Virus record (IMG/VR): IMGVR_UViG_3300042541_000805
Coordinates: 55-64,054 of that record
DNA from: a virus
Taxonomy: Duplodnaviria; Caudoviricetes
Strand: one strand, 5' to 3'
DNA: 64,000 nt
The stretch's first letter is position 1. Each line of letters starts with the position of its first letter. The position numbers and the translations under genes were made by a program. Below, in pieces: positions 55,572-64,000 of the stretch. The notes under the pieces are model-generated. The model ran no database searches. It was not told the origin of the DNA and saw only the letters and a program-made list of their open reading frames with translations.

Positions 55572-56336
55572 TTACAATTTAGGAGCCATGTACACACTTC
55601 TTCTTGATGTATCGTAAGCATCACCAATTCTAAATGGCTTCATACGATTACGAGCAACTCTTTTTTGGTTATAATATTCTTGTCTTGCTCTCATCTTTTC
55701 ATTAGCAGGAGTATCCTTTCTTTTAGAAACTGCTTTCCAATAGATATAATCTTCTAATGCTTGTTGGCAAAAAATATGGATGCTATGTGTATCACACTCA
55801 CAAGCTAACGGATCTACAACGTATTCTAATATAACATCAGACTTAGTAAACTCCGAGCCTAATACAATTAAACCATTTTCTTCGTCAATATTAAACTGAG
55901 CCACATCTGCAACTGAACCTCCTAAACCAAATAAATTATAGTTCATTCCTTCAGTCCAATAGTTATGGTAGTCAGGTGATTCTAATCTAGTAAATCCTCC
56001 TTCAATAAATGTTCCGGGAGATACAACTCTATTAGTATTTGTATCGTTATATAATGTGATTGATTTATTTAAAGCTAAAGTATAAACTTTACCATCGTGA
56101 GTTAAAATACCAACCTTAGACCAATTAATATAGTCTGTTGGTAATGTAACCGTATTATTAGCGTTCTTAGCAAGAAGCACAGTTTTAACATTACCTGCAA
56201 CGTCAAACCATAGCTCCCTTAATCCAGTTACTCCAATTTGGTATAATCTAGCATAATCTCTATCGTCAGAATCAATCTGATTCATTACAGAGTTTACTAT
56301 ATAATTAAGGTCTACGTATTTTCCTGCTATACTCAT
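55572..56336 (-). CDS. Tail ring / tubular protein
   Basis: LPTDYINWSKV; QALEDYIYW; synteny. Confidence 0.7.
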   Translation of the reverse strand: MSIAGKYVDLNYIVNSVMNQIDSDDRDYARLYQIGVTGLRELWFDVAGNVKTVLLAKNANNTVTLPTDYINWSKVGILTHDGKVYTLALNKSITLYNDTNTNRVVSPGTFIEGGFTRLESPDYHNYWTEGMNYNLFGLGGSVADVAQFNIDEENGLIVLGSEFTKSDVILEYVVDPLACECDTHSIHIFCQQALEDYIYWKAVSKRKDTPANEKMRARQEYYNQKRVARNRMKPFRIGDAYDTSRRSVYMAPKL

Positions 56337-56338
56337 TA

Positions 56339-56965
56339 TTATCGATTAATTGAATCTACACCATCTAAAACTTTATCTTGAGGAATATTTCTTTCTCCCA
56401 ATAATTTTTTAAGAACAATTTCAATTACTTGTTCTTCCATATCTTTAGGCATCATTAACTCATCTGACATTATATTTGAGCTGTATGCTACCATTCTAAT
56501 TACAACAGTAACCAAATCTGCCGTAGCACCATCAAAGTATATTCTACCATTTTCTTCCCATCCAACAATTCTATTTGGGATAGGTGTTAAGTTTTTATAA
56601 ATAGATTTCTTGTTACCTTGTAAAATAATTACAGGTGTAACTGATTTATTTAATGGTTTTAATATTTCTATAATACCTCTATTTTTAGGCAATCCAATTG
56701 GATCAGCTGGTAATACGCAATATTTAAGACCTAATGTAGGATCTGTGTCTATTGTATTCCCTGTGAATGTAGAAACGAACTGATCGTTTACATAAGAAGT
56801 ACCTTCAAATTTATAATTTTCTGTATAGTTTACTTTTGCTAAAAAAGCAATAGCTGAATTAACATGAAGACCAACTTCACGAATATCAATTGAAGCATCA
56901 TTAGGTGGCGTACCATTGTATGCTAATCTAAGTATTCTTTCTGATAATTCTCCTCTTGTAGCCAT
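56339..56965 (-). CDS. Tail ring / tubular protein
   Basis: Size and synteny; C-terminal MPKDMEEQVIEIVL. Confidence 0.6.
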   Translation of the reverse strand: MATRGELSERILRLAYNGTPPNDASIDIREVGLHVNSAIAFLAKVNYTENYKFEGTSYVNDQFVSTFTGNTIDTDPTLGLKYCVLPADPIGLPKNRGIIEILKPLNKSVTPVIILQGNKKSIYKNLTPIPNRIVGWEENGRIYFDGATADLVTVVIRMVAYSSNIMSDELMMPKDMEEQVIEIVLKKLLGERNIPQDKVLDGVDSINR

Positions 56966-57696
56966 TATACTCCTTGTCTTTGTTTAAGTTCTGAATATTG
57001 CATTAAATCATTATCTTTTAGGTTAATACCTAAGAATGATAATATTCTAACAGCTAAATCATTAAAGTTTTGTTGATTCCATTCTAAGAATTCTGAACTT
57101 ACACCGGGTATAATACCAACTGCTGTAATTACAGGTCTTCCTCCAGATACAGTATATCTAACTACCCTATTGTCAGGTCTTTTTAAATATGTTAATTTAT
57201 ATGCTGAATATGTAACATTTGATGACGCAGGGTATACTTTTATAGTAGCATTATTAACCATATAGTATGGATTTTCTAATGTCGGTTGAGCTATACTTGA
57301 ACTTAATTGTTTAGCTAATCTTTGCTCATTTACTCTAGTAGAAGGATAAACTACTTCTTGCCCACTTATTGTTTGATACCTATATAAATCTGTAGTATAA
57401 CCATAATTAGGTAATGCCTGTAAGTCAATAATTCCGCTAGAATCTGCCGTAACTGCTGTTAATGGAATCCTAAAAGGAACCATATCTGCCTCAATCTTAT
57501 TTGTTTTAGCATAAGCCACAGGTGGTATAGGATTACCATATTGGTATCTTTGTATCTCACCAATGTATTCCTCCCATAACTGAACACTAGCAGCATATGC
57601 AGCTATATTATATTCAGGAATAGTGAATGCTCCGTCTTGTGCTTTATTTGCTAAAACACTAACAAAGTTATATAAATCAACACTACTTATTGCCAT
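56965..57696 (-). CDS. Tail ring / adaptor protein
   Basis: LANKAQDG...EYN...; TYLKRP; start revised to MAISS 4 nt after TATCTTTG 57701-57708. Confidence 0.65.
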   Translation of the reverse strand: MAISSVDLYNFVSVLANKAQDGAFTIPEYNIAAYAASVQLWEEYIGEIQRYQYGNPIPPVAYAKTNKIEADMVPFRIPLTAVTADSSGIIDLQALPNYGYTTDLYRYQTISGQEVVYPSTRVNEQRLAKQLSSSIAQPTLENPYYMVNNATIKVYPASSNVTYSAYKLTYLKRPDNRVVRYTVSGGRPVITAVGIIPGVSSEFLEWNQQNFNDLAVRILSFLGINLKDNDLMQYSELKQRQGV

Positions 57697-57801
57697 AAGA
57701 CAAAGATACAAAAAAAAAGAGCCACCTTTTTTAGGGGCAGCTCCTTAACTAAAACTAAAACTATTACTATGATATTAAACAAAGACTCACAAAAATAGTA
57801 T

Positions 57802-58674
57802 TTATTTTGACAATTCCAAAACTTTCTCTTTTAGTTCTTCAAAAGTTTTTTGGTTTTCTGTAGCCATTAAGAAGTCTGCTAAGTAATCAGACGCATCTTT
57901 ACCAGCTGGTAATATAGTAATCAATCCCTTTGTATCACACCAAACGATTTGACCTGCTACATCTCTAGAAGATACAACATTCTTATCTAAGGCTGTCATA
58001 GCGAAGTATTTAAATTCGTTTCTAGGTGACTTATGGAACTTCAAGAATAACTGAGGATTTTTTTCAGCCTTATCGATATACTTGTTAATTACTTGTTTTT
58101 CTGTTAATTTAGAGGTATCAATACCTAATACACGAGCATAGTGATACATTGCCTCTAAGTTATTATCTACATCATACCAAGCAGCTTCTACCGCTTTACG
58201 TTTACCAGTAATAACATCAAAGTTATCTTCTGCTTCTTTTTCGATATTTAATTCTCTAAATACAGGCGGTTTATTTGTATTTCTTTGCTTATTAGCTTCA
58301 TTTTGATTTGTTGCACGTAAAAACTTTAGTAATGAAACTTGCGTTTTAGGTACAATTAAACGACCTCTATGGAACTCAATATCTCCAGCTTTAGTAAACT
58401 CAGGGTCTACATTCTGCTCATCAGCAAAAATAGAAGATGAACCTGATAGATATCTAATGGTTCTTTCAGTTTCCGTTTCAGGGTCATAGATAAAATCTTT
58501 TGACGATGCAATATGCAAAGGTCTAAAAGGTCTTAATGGATCATTAGATCTATCAATCAATTCAAAAATTACGTGATTTTTTTCTTTTGAAGTAGGTGCT
58601 TTATACACATTACTCGTAGGGGCTTTCTTCGCACCGAAGTTAGGATTCCCTTTTTTTGGGGTTTGTTCAGACAT
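57802..58674 (-). CDS. Conserved protein downstream of major capsid gene
   Basis: RTIRY...SIFADEQ...IEFHRGRLIVP. Confidence 0.65.
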   Translation of the reverse strand: MSEQTPKKGNPNFGAKKAPTSNVYKAPTSKEKNHVIFELIDRSNDPLRPFRPLHIASSKDFIYDPETETERTIRYLSGSSSIFADEQNVDPEFTKAGDIEFHRGRLIVPKTQVSLLKFLRATNQNEANKQRNTNKPPVFRELNIEKEAEDNFDVITGKRKAVEAAWYDVDNNLEAMYHYARVLGIDTSKLTEKQVINKYIDKAEKNPQLFLKFHKSPRNEFKYFAMTALDKNVVSSRDVAGQIVWCDTKGLITILPAGKDASDYLADFLMATENQKTFEELKEKVLELSK

Positions 58675-58708
58675 TTTTACTTGTTATTTAATTTATAATT
58701 CTTTTATT

Positions 58709-58739
58709 AAAAAAGGGGGGTACAATTAGCACCCCCCCT
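58709..58739 (-). terminator. Intrinsic terminator after major capsid gene
   Basis: GGGGGGT/ACCCCCC stem with U6 tract on minus strand. Confidence 0.85.
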
Positions 58740-58752
58740 AGTTTTGATATCA

Positions 58753-60093
58753 CTATGCTTTGTAAACTCTAGCAAAACGGTTAACACCGAATACTTGTAA
58801 GCCTTCTTTAGCAATGTGTGAAATAGTCAATTCCATTTTACCTGAAGTAGGTACTTTTGCAAGTCCTCCAGTATCAAATTTGTAGAATCTTTGACCATTG
58901 TACAATTGGTAACGTAAACCAAATGAATTAACTGATTCGCCACTAGCAGCGTCACGTTGTGAATCCATAGGAATTAATACTCCGTTATCATCCCATTTAG
59001 ATGAAGCAACACCGTATTGAGCTCCTGCGTTGAATCCCATGTATTTCTTCATGTGGAATGTACGACCATGGATAGTGTATGACGTGAATCCTTGAGCGAT
59101 AGCAATTTCTTTGCTACCATTGAAAGATCCGTAGTTAATAGCACCAGCATTGTATTTGTTTTGGATGAAGTTTTGAACAGCAATGTATTGATTTGTGTCC
59201 ATTAACCAATGATACTCATTAGCACCAACTTCTTTATCTAATCCTTTTGCGATGTTATCCAAAGCAGTTGCATCAAATGAAGAGTAAGTAACAGCGATAC
59301 CACCATCAATGATTTGAGGAATTAAACCTGCTGAAGTTTGAGAAACTCCTGTGTTGTTAGACTCTGTACCAAACATATGTTTAGCCTCACGAGCATCCAT
59401 AAAACGCATATCAGCAGTTTGAATACCTCTGTATGAGTAAGCACCTACTGTGTTTTCAGGGAAAACTCTTTCAGCTAAAGCTCTGTCAGTAGTAGTGTAG
59501 TCTTCACGAACTTCAGTACATAAACCATTAACGGTAATGTCTTGACGTTGTAATGAACCACCAACTTCTGAAGCCTCACCTACTGCACGACCTCTGAACA
59601 ATAAATTTGTTTCAGCACCGTTACAAGAGAATGATTGAGTAGATAATAAAGGTTTAACTACACACTCTGTATCAGAGTTAACAGCTGTAATTTGACCTTG
59701 AACACCAATAGCAGCAGCAGTAGCTGTGTTATTAGCGATTTCAACGATCTCACCAACACGTAATGGAGATGATGAATCAAATACAAATGAAGAATCAATT
59801 GTAATAGTAACTGCTGCACCCGCTGCTGGAGTTTCAGTTGAAGCTGAAGCTACCAATACGTAAGGAGCACGTCTATTTGCAGGCTCTACATGAGAAAATG
59901 CTTGGTTAGGAGAGAAAGTTTCTTTTCCAGCCAAAGTAGTTGTGATCATGTAGTAATCATTCCACCACTTGTATTTGTCTACGTATTTCTCGTAGTAGTT
60001 AGGGGTAATTAAGTCTAATGTAGACAATAATCCCTGATTTGCAGCTCCTACGACAGCGGTAGGATTAATTGCACTTGGGTTAGTTAACGCCAT
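58753..60093 (-). CDS. Major capsid protein
   Basis: 446 aa after portal and scaffold; strong codon bias; GLIPQI...GFTSYTIHGRTFH...EGLQVFGVN; followed by strong terminator. Confidence 0.85.
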   Translation of the reverse strand: MALTNPSAINPTAVVGAANQGLLSTLDLITPNYYEKYVDKYKWWNDYYMITTTLAGKETFSPNQAFSHVEPANRRAPYVLVASASTETPAAGAAVTITIDSSFVFDSSSPLRVGEIVEIANNTATAAAIGVQGQITAVNSDTECVVKPLLSTQSFSCNGAETNLLFRGRAVGEASEVGGSLQRQDITVNGLCTEVREDYTTTDRALAERVFPENTVGAYSYRGIQTADMRFMDAREAKHMFGTESNNTGVSQTSAGLIPQIIDGGIAVTYSSFDATALDNIAKGLDKEVGANEYHWLMDTNQYIAVQNFIQNKYNAGAINYGSFNGSKEIAIAQGFTSYTIHGRTFHMKKYMGFNAGAQYGVASSKWDDNGVLIPMDSQRDAASGESVNSFGLRYQLYNGQRFYKFDTGGLAKVPTSGKMELTISHIAKEGLQVFGVNRFARVYKA

Positions 60094-60113
60094 TTTGTTT
60101 GTTATTTAAGTTA

Positions 60114-61190
60114 TTAAAAAAGTTTATTTGCAATAAAGTCTGCAATATCATCGTTTTTTTGAATAACAGGAGCTGAAGGGTTGGGTGACATTTGAGTATT
60201 CTTAATACCTTTAAGCCAGTCATCTTGTGCTTTTGCAACTTGTTGCGTTACAGCACTTCTTACTATAGCTTCTTTATTTCTAAGGAATGCCATGTCTTCT
60301 GCTAATTTACGAGCATTAACTTTGCCATCCTCACTTATATATGGTTTAAAAAATACGCTTACATCTTTGCCAAGCATTTTCATATCTTCAATCAATGGAC
60401 TCATCACATCTTCGCCTACAGCAAAATCAAACTGTTCGTTTTCTCTTAATGCAATTGAAATTTTGTTAAAATCCTTCATCGATTCTGATACCGAACTTTC
60501 CCATTGCCTATTAGCCTCTTCGACTTGTGCTTGTAATTCTGCCTGATCAATTACAGGTTCATTACTTACCGGGTTTAAGTTTGGTAACTTAATCTCTGAT
60601 TTTTTTGATTCAAAGAACTGTAATGCTTCCTTAGCATCTGCTTTCAGTTTTCGACCATAAGCTCTTCTTTCCTGATCGGTTAAAAGGTCTTCGTCTAAAC
60701 CTAATCCATACGTTGATGACATTTCATCCTCGATGTCCTCTGTTGTCCATTCGGGGTTTTGTGCTTTTAAAAACTCAGCAACCAATTGGTCTTGAGATTT
60801 AGAACTATAATCTTGAGTCTGTACAGACAAAAAATCATTTAGCTCTTTTAGCTTACCTTCACGAATGTAGTCATATATTACCTTGCTATTCTCATCCAAA
60901 TCTGATTGGCTCATAGAAGTTAACTTTGATTCAAGCTCTGCCTTTTCAGCAATAACTTTTTCATAGTCACTCTTGTTAACCACTTCATTTACTAATTCCT
61001 GTTCAGGAGTAGTTGGAGTTTGATTAGTTTCAGTTGTCGGTTGTGTTCCTTCTACCTGTTCGGTTTCATGTGGAACAACTTCCGTTGACTCTTTAAATTC
61101 ATTTAAAAAAGATGTATCCGTTGATGCATCTGTTGTTTGGGTTCCAGTTACGTTGAAAGCCTCAAACGGGAAATCGTTAAGTTCTGACAT
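60114..61190 (-). CDS. Putative capsid scaffolding protein
   Basis: Very acidic, coiled coil, between portal and capsid genes. Confidence 0.65.
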   Translation of the reverse strand: MSELNDFPFEAFNVTGTQTTDASTDTSFLNEFKESTEVVPHETEQVEGTQPTTETNQTPTTPEQELVNEVVNKSDYEKVIAEKAELESKLTSMSQSDLDENSKVIYDYIREGKLKELNDFLSVQTQDYSSKSQDQLVAEFLKAQNPEWTTEDIEDEMSSTYGLGLDEDLLTDQERRAYGRKLKADAKEALQFFESKKSEIKLPNLNPVSNEPVIDQAELQAQVEEANRQWESSVSESMKDFNKISIALRENEQFDFAVGEDVMSPLIEDMKMLGKDVSVFFKPYISEDGKVNARKLAEDMAFLRNKEAIVRSAVTQQVAKAQDDWLKGIKNTQMSPNPSAPVIQKNDDIADFIANKLF

Positions 61191-61244
61191 ATATTTATCT
61201 TTATAATTCTGTTTGCAAAAATACTGAAAAAATCAATATATTTT

Positions 61245-63695
61245 TTATTGCATCATTTTGGGGTTTTCACCACCTTGTTGTTCCATCATCATTTGCTCCT
61301 CTTCACTCATCATCTGCTCTTCACCACCTTGTTGCATACCTTGCTCCATTGCTTGTTGCTCTTGCATCATAGCTTGTTGTTGAGCCATAGCTTCTTGCTC
61401 TTGTTGTTGTTGTGCATTAAGCATAACAGCTAAAGGAACCTCTGCTAATATCTTTTGTTCCATAGCTCCATTAGATTTAAGAATCTCTTCTAGTATCTTA
61501 GTTTGTTGAGCCATTATACCTTTCATTTCTTCAAGACCCATCATTGTTTGACCTTTTAACTGCTCTTTCAATTGAATTAATTGAGCATCAGCTTGAGCCT
61601 TAGCCATTGCAGCACCTTGTTGTTGCTGTACAGCGTATTCGGTATTCTTTTGTGCGTCTTCTTGTTTTTCTTTACGATACTTGTTTTCTGTTACCTTTAA
61701 GTATTGGTAAGCTACCTTAATATTAGGGATAGACATTAACATATACTTATCAGAAGGTTTAATAGTACCTGCTTGAATAGAGATATCAATAGCTCTAGCT
61801 AATTCTTCTTTTTTAGCATCGTCAGGTAACATTTCTAAAGAAACTCCAAAGTTAATATTAGCAGCATCCTTATTAAGATGAATGAATTTTAAATCATCAC
61901 CACCAACAACTTTAGCATAACCTTCATAAGCCTTACCTTTAAGACATACAATGTCTTGAACTAATATAGCACACTTCTTTAATGTTCTATTCATAATATC
62001 TACAAATGCATCGTAGATAAATGATGTTGCGTTATTAGAAGCGTTTAATGCTAACTGAGTAGTTCTAAAACCAGCTCTAGCATCTACTGCTGCTCCATCT
62101 GAAGCCTCATTTAATCCTGTATCATCACGTAATGTACCTAATAAATAGTTATAAGTAGCAATTAATTCTTGTAGTTGGTTACCCATACCATTTGGTAAGG
62201 TTTCAATAGGTCTGAACTGCTTGTATGAACCATCTTCATTAATAGCCCTATAGTAGTAGTTACCTGTTTGATCGTAAATTTCTTGCAGTTCTAATGGTGA
62301 TAATGAATTACCTAAACCTAAGTCTACATCTTCTAAGCCATCAATAGCAACTGCAAGTCCTGCTGGTCTAGCCTTTGCGATTAAGATTTGTAGCTTGTAC
62401 CTAATCATTTGCATCTGATCGATTGTAGGGATCATTGACTCTATCAAAGGCTTATTATTCATTTGATAGTTATTAGGCATATAGATTGTAATCGGCAATT
62501 GTACTTCTGATAAATCATCCTTAGATTTAATCATATCAGTTTCCAAGCCATAGTTGAACATATAGTCAGTTTGTAAAATTAAACTAAACTTATATACAAC
62601 CTTATCTTTCATTTCAATAATCTCACGCTTGAACTTAGAGTTTTTAGGAGCCTCGTAAGAAGCATCTCTTTTATTCACCGTAAACCCACCATAAGCATTT
62701 TCTTTCTTTTCAAACTTTTGATTTCTTGTAGTTATGTAATAACCATTTAAAACCATGATATTTGAATCATCGTATGGTCTGTATGTATTGTTAGCGTATG
62801 CAGATGCGTTATTATAAAACACATTTCCATTACCCCATACTGATCTTACTTTATTTGCAATGTCTTGGTATTCTGCTTCTGTAAACTGATTTCCAGCTGC
62901 TAAACGTAAATCGTGTAACGACATAGGAATAACTTCCCCTGCGTATACAATATTACTAAAGTCAGACTCTTCGCTATAAGATGTAACTAAGTTCTCAGGC
63001 TTAATCCTTTTAATAGTTACTCTACCTTTATAGTCAATAAAAGTACGTGTACCCGCTACACCACATTCAATGGTATCTCTAATCAAACGTCTTTTAAGTT
63101 CTGGGTATTTATTCTCATTAACAATTAATTGAAGGATCTCTTCAAATACAATCTCTTCAGTTTGCTTGTTATTTAAATCAAAATATAAATCGATTTCTGT
63201 ATCTGACTCTGCTTCTCTAACGTGTTCAGGCATTAATTGAAGACCACTCATTTCTTCTAATTGAGCAATATCTTCTTTTTTACGCATCATAAACTTAGAC
63301 TTTTCTTTCTTCTGCATCTTTTCAGCAGCAATTACCGGGTCTAGGTTAGTAGCAGAAACTTTCTCATCACGCTTCATAAAACCATTAGTAATAATTTCTA
63401 CGAATTTAGGTGCAGGAGAAGTAATCTTCCATGAGATATTAGCAAAAGCTGACGGCTTATTCTCAAGACCTATACGTGGTAAGTATTGTTCTACAGGTTG
63501 TGAACCTAAAGCATATAGCCTATTCATAGAAAAACGAGCTACCCTTTGGTTATAAGCCTGTCCGTCTAATCCAATAGATTTTCTTTCTATATACTTTGCA
63601 AACGAAAATATGTAATCCTTAGAACTTTTAATTTCATCAGGAGCATACGGATTAGGTAAACTCATACCTAAATCTTGATACGGTGTGTCAGCCAT
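61245..63695 (-). CDS. Portal protein (crAss-like, 816 aa)
   Basis: PKFVEIITNG, TGLNEASDG motif, Gln/Met-rich C-terminal tail; first gene of head operon; -7 box at 63720-63727. Confidence 0.85.
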   Translation of the reverse strand: MADTPYQDLGMSLPNPYAPDEIKSSKDYIFSFAKYIERKSIGLDGQAYNQRVARFSMNRLYALGSQPVEQYLPRIGLENKPSAFANISWKITSPAPKFVEIITNGFMKRDEKVSATNLDPVIAAEKMQKKEKSKFMMRKKEDIAQLEEMSGLQLMPEHVREAESDTEIDLYFDLNNKQTEEIVFEEILQLIVNENKYPELKRRLIRDTIECGVAGTRTFIDYKGRVTIKRIKPENLVTSYSEESDFSNIVYAGEVIPMSLHDLRLAAGNQFTEAEYQDIANKVRSVWGNGNVFYNNASAYANNTYRPYDDSNIMVLNGYYITTRNQKFEKKENAYGGFTVNKRDASYEAPKNSKFKREIIEMKDKVVYKFSLILQTDYMFNYGLETDMIKSKDDLSEVQLPITIYMPNNYQMNNKPLIESMIPTIDQMQMIRYKLQILIAKARPAGLAVAIDGLEDVDLGLGNSLSPLELQEIYDQTGNYYYRAINEDGSYKQFRPIETLPNGMGNQLQELIATYNYLLGTLRDDTGLNEASDGAAVDARAGFRTTQLALNASNNATSFIYDAFVDIMNRTLKKCAILVQDIVCLKGKAYEGYAKVVGGDDLKFIHLNKDAANINFGVSLEMLPDDAKKEELARAIDISIQAGTIKPSDKYMLMSIPNIKVAYQYLKVTENKYRKEKQEDAQKNTEYAVQQQQGAAMAKAQADAQLIQLKEQLKGQTMMGLEEMKGIMAQQTKILEEILKSNGAMEQKILAEVPLAVMLNAQQQQEQEAMAQQQAMMQEQQAMEQGMQQGGEEQMMSEEEQMMMEQQGGENPKMMQ

Positions 63696-63725
63696 TAATT
63701 ATTATTTTACTAATATTCACAAAGA

Positions 63726-64000
63726 TAGTGAAAAAATGTCAAAGGTTATTTTTTAGTAGATTTACCATTCTTACCCTGACGAGCTCTATTTGAACCTTGT
63801 GCTTCTTTAACTAGCTTTCCAGATTTAGTGTGACTCATATCTTTGCCATCACCAACTTTACTTCCTGCTAATCTATTAGCTTTATTCAAACCATCTCGGT
63901 ATTTAATACGTTCAGGTGTTGCATGGTACTCTTTATTGTACTCATTCTTTTTTTTACGTGCTTCAGGATTGTTAGCAAAATACTTTGCTGACTCAGACTT
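63726..64000 (+). repeat. Terminal direct repeat, copy 2 (partial second copy of gene 21..311)
   Basis: 267/275 identical to bases 1-275. Confidence 0.97.

Larger units (their letters stand above)
1..63725. mobile_element. Complete (circularly permuted) tailed bacteriophage genome, crAss-like virion module, probable Bacteroidota host
   Basis: Terminase, portal, capsid, tail and lysis genes present; no bacterial housekeeping genes; window start recurs at 63726; recurrent TAnnTTTG promoter boxes. Confidence 0.93.

Noticed and set aside
61245-61400. Repeat element at portal 3' end
   Set aside because: Explained by the Gln/Met/Glu low-complexity protein tail.
1-64000. Stop-codon reassignment as in some crAss-like phages
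   Set aside because: Large genes are intact under the standard code and no suppressor tRNA was seen.

Overview
The window is essentially one complete, AT-rich, apparently lytic tailed-phage genome of about 63,725 bp; bases 63726-64000 repeat bases 1-275 with 8 substitutions. The host is very likely Bacteroidota: TAnnTTTG -7 promoter boxes precede most transcription units, translation starts are A-rich without Shine-Dalgarno sites, and the tmRNA tag is Bacteroidota-style. The minus strand (28.5-63.7 kb and 4.8-10.4 kb) carries a crAss-like podophage morphogenesis module: portal, scaffold, major capsid, three ring-type proteins, a muzzle-sized protein, ejection proteins including a 3052-aa giant, tail fibres, lysis genes, terminase, GroES-like and RepL-like genes. 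The plus strand (11.5-27.9 kb) carries dozens of small early genes, a C5 DNA methyltransferase, a Rad52-like annealing protein, an SF4 helicase and an SSB. I recognised no DNA polymerase, primase, RNA polymerase or integrase. The most interesting signals are absent from or hidden in the ORF track: (1) a 400-bp array of about a dozen different, abutting operator-like palindromes; (2) a compact tmRNA with an unusually long 28-codon tag, followed by two further promoter-driven small structured RNAs; (3) a small basic gene overprinted in the +1 frame inside the giant virion gene; (4) a pseudoknot-capable 220-nt intergenic RNA candidate. All protein calls are by-eye motif and synteny recognition; no database search was run.
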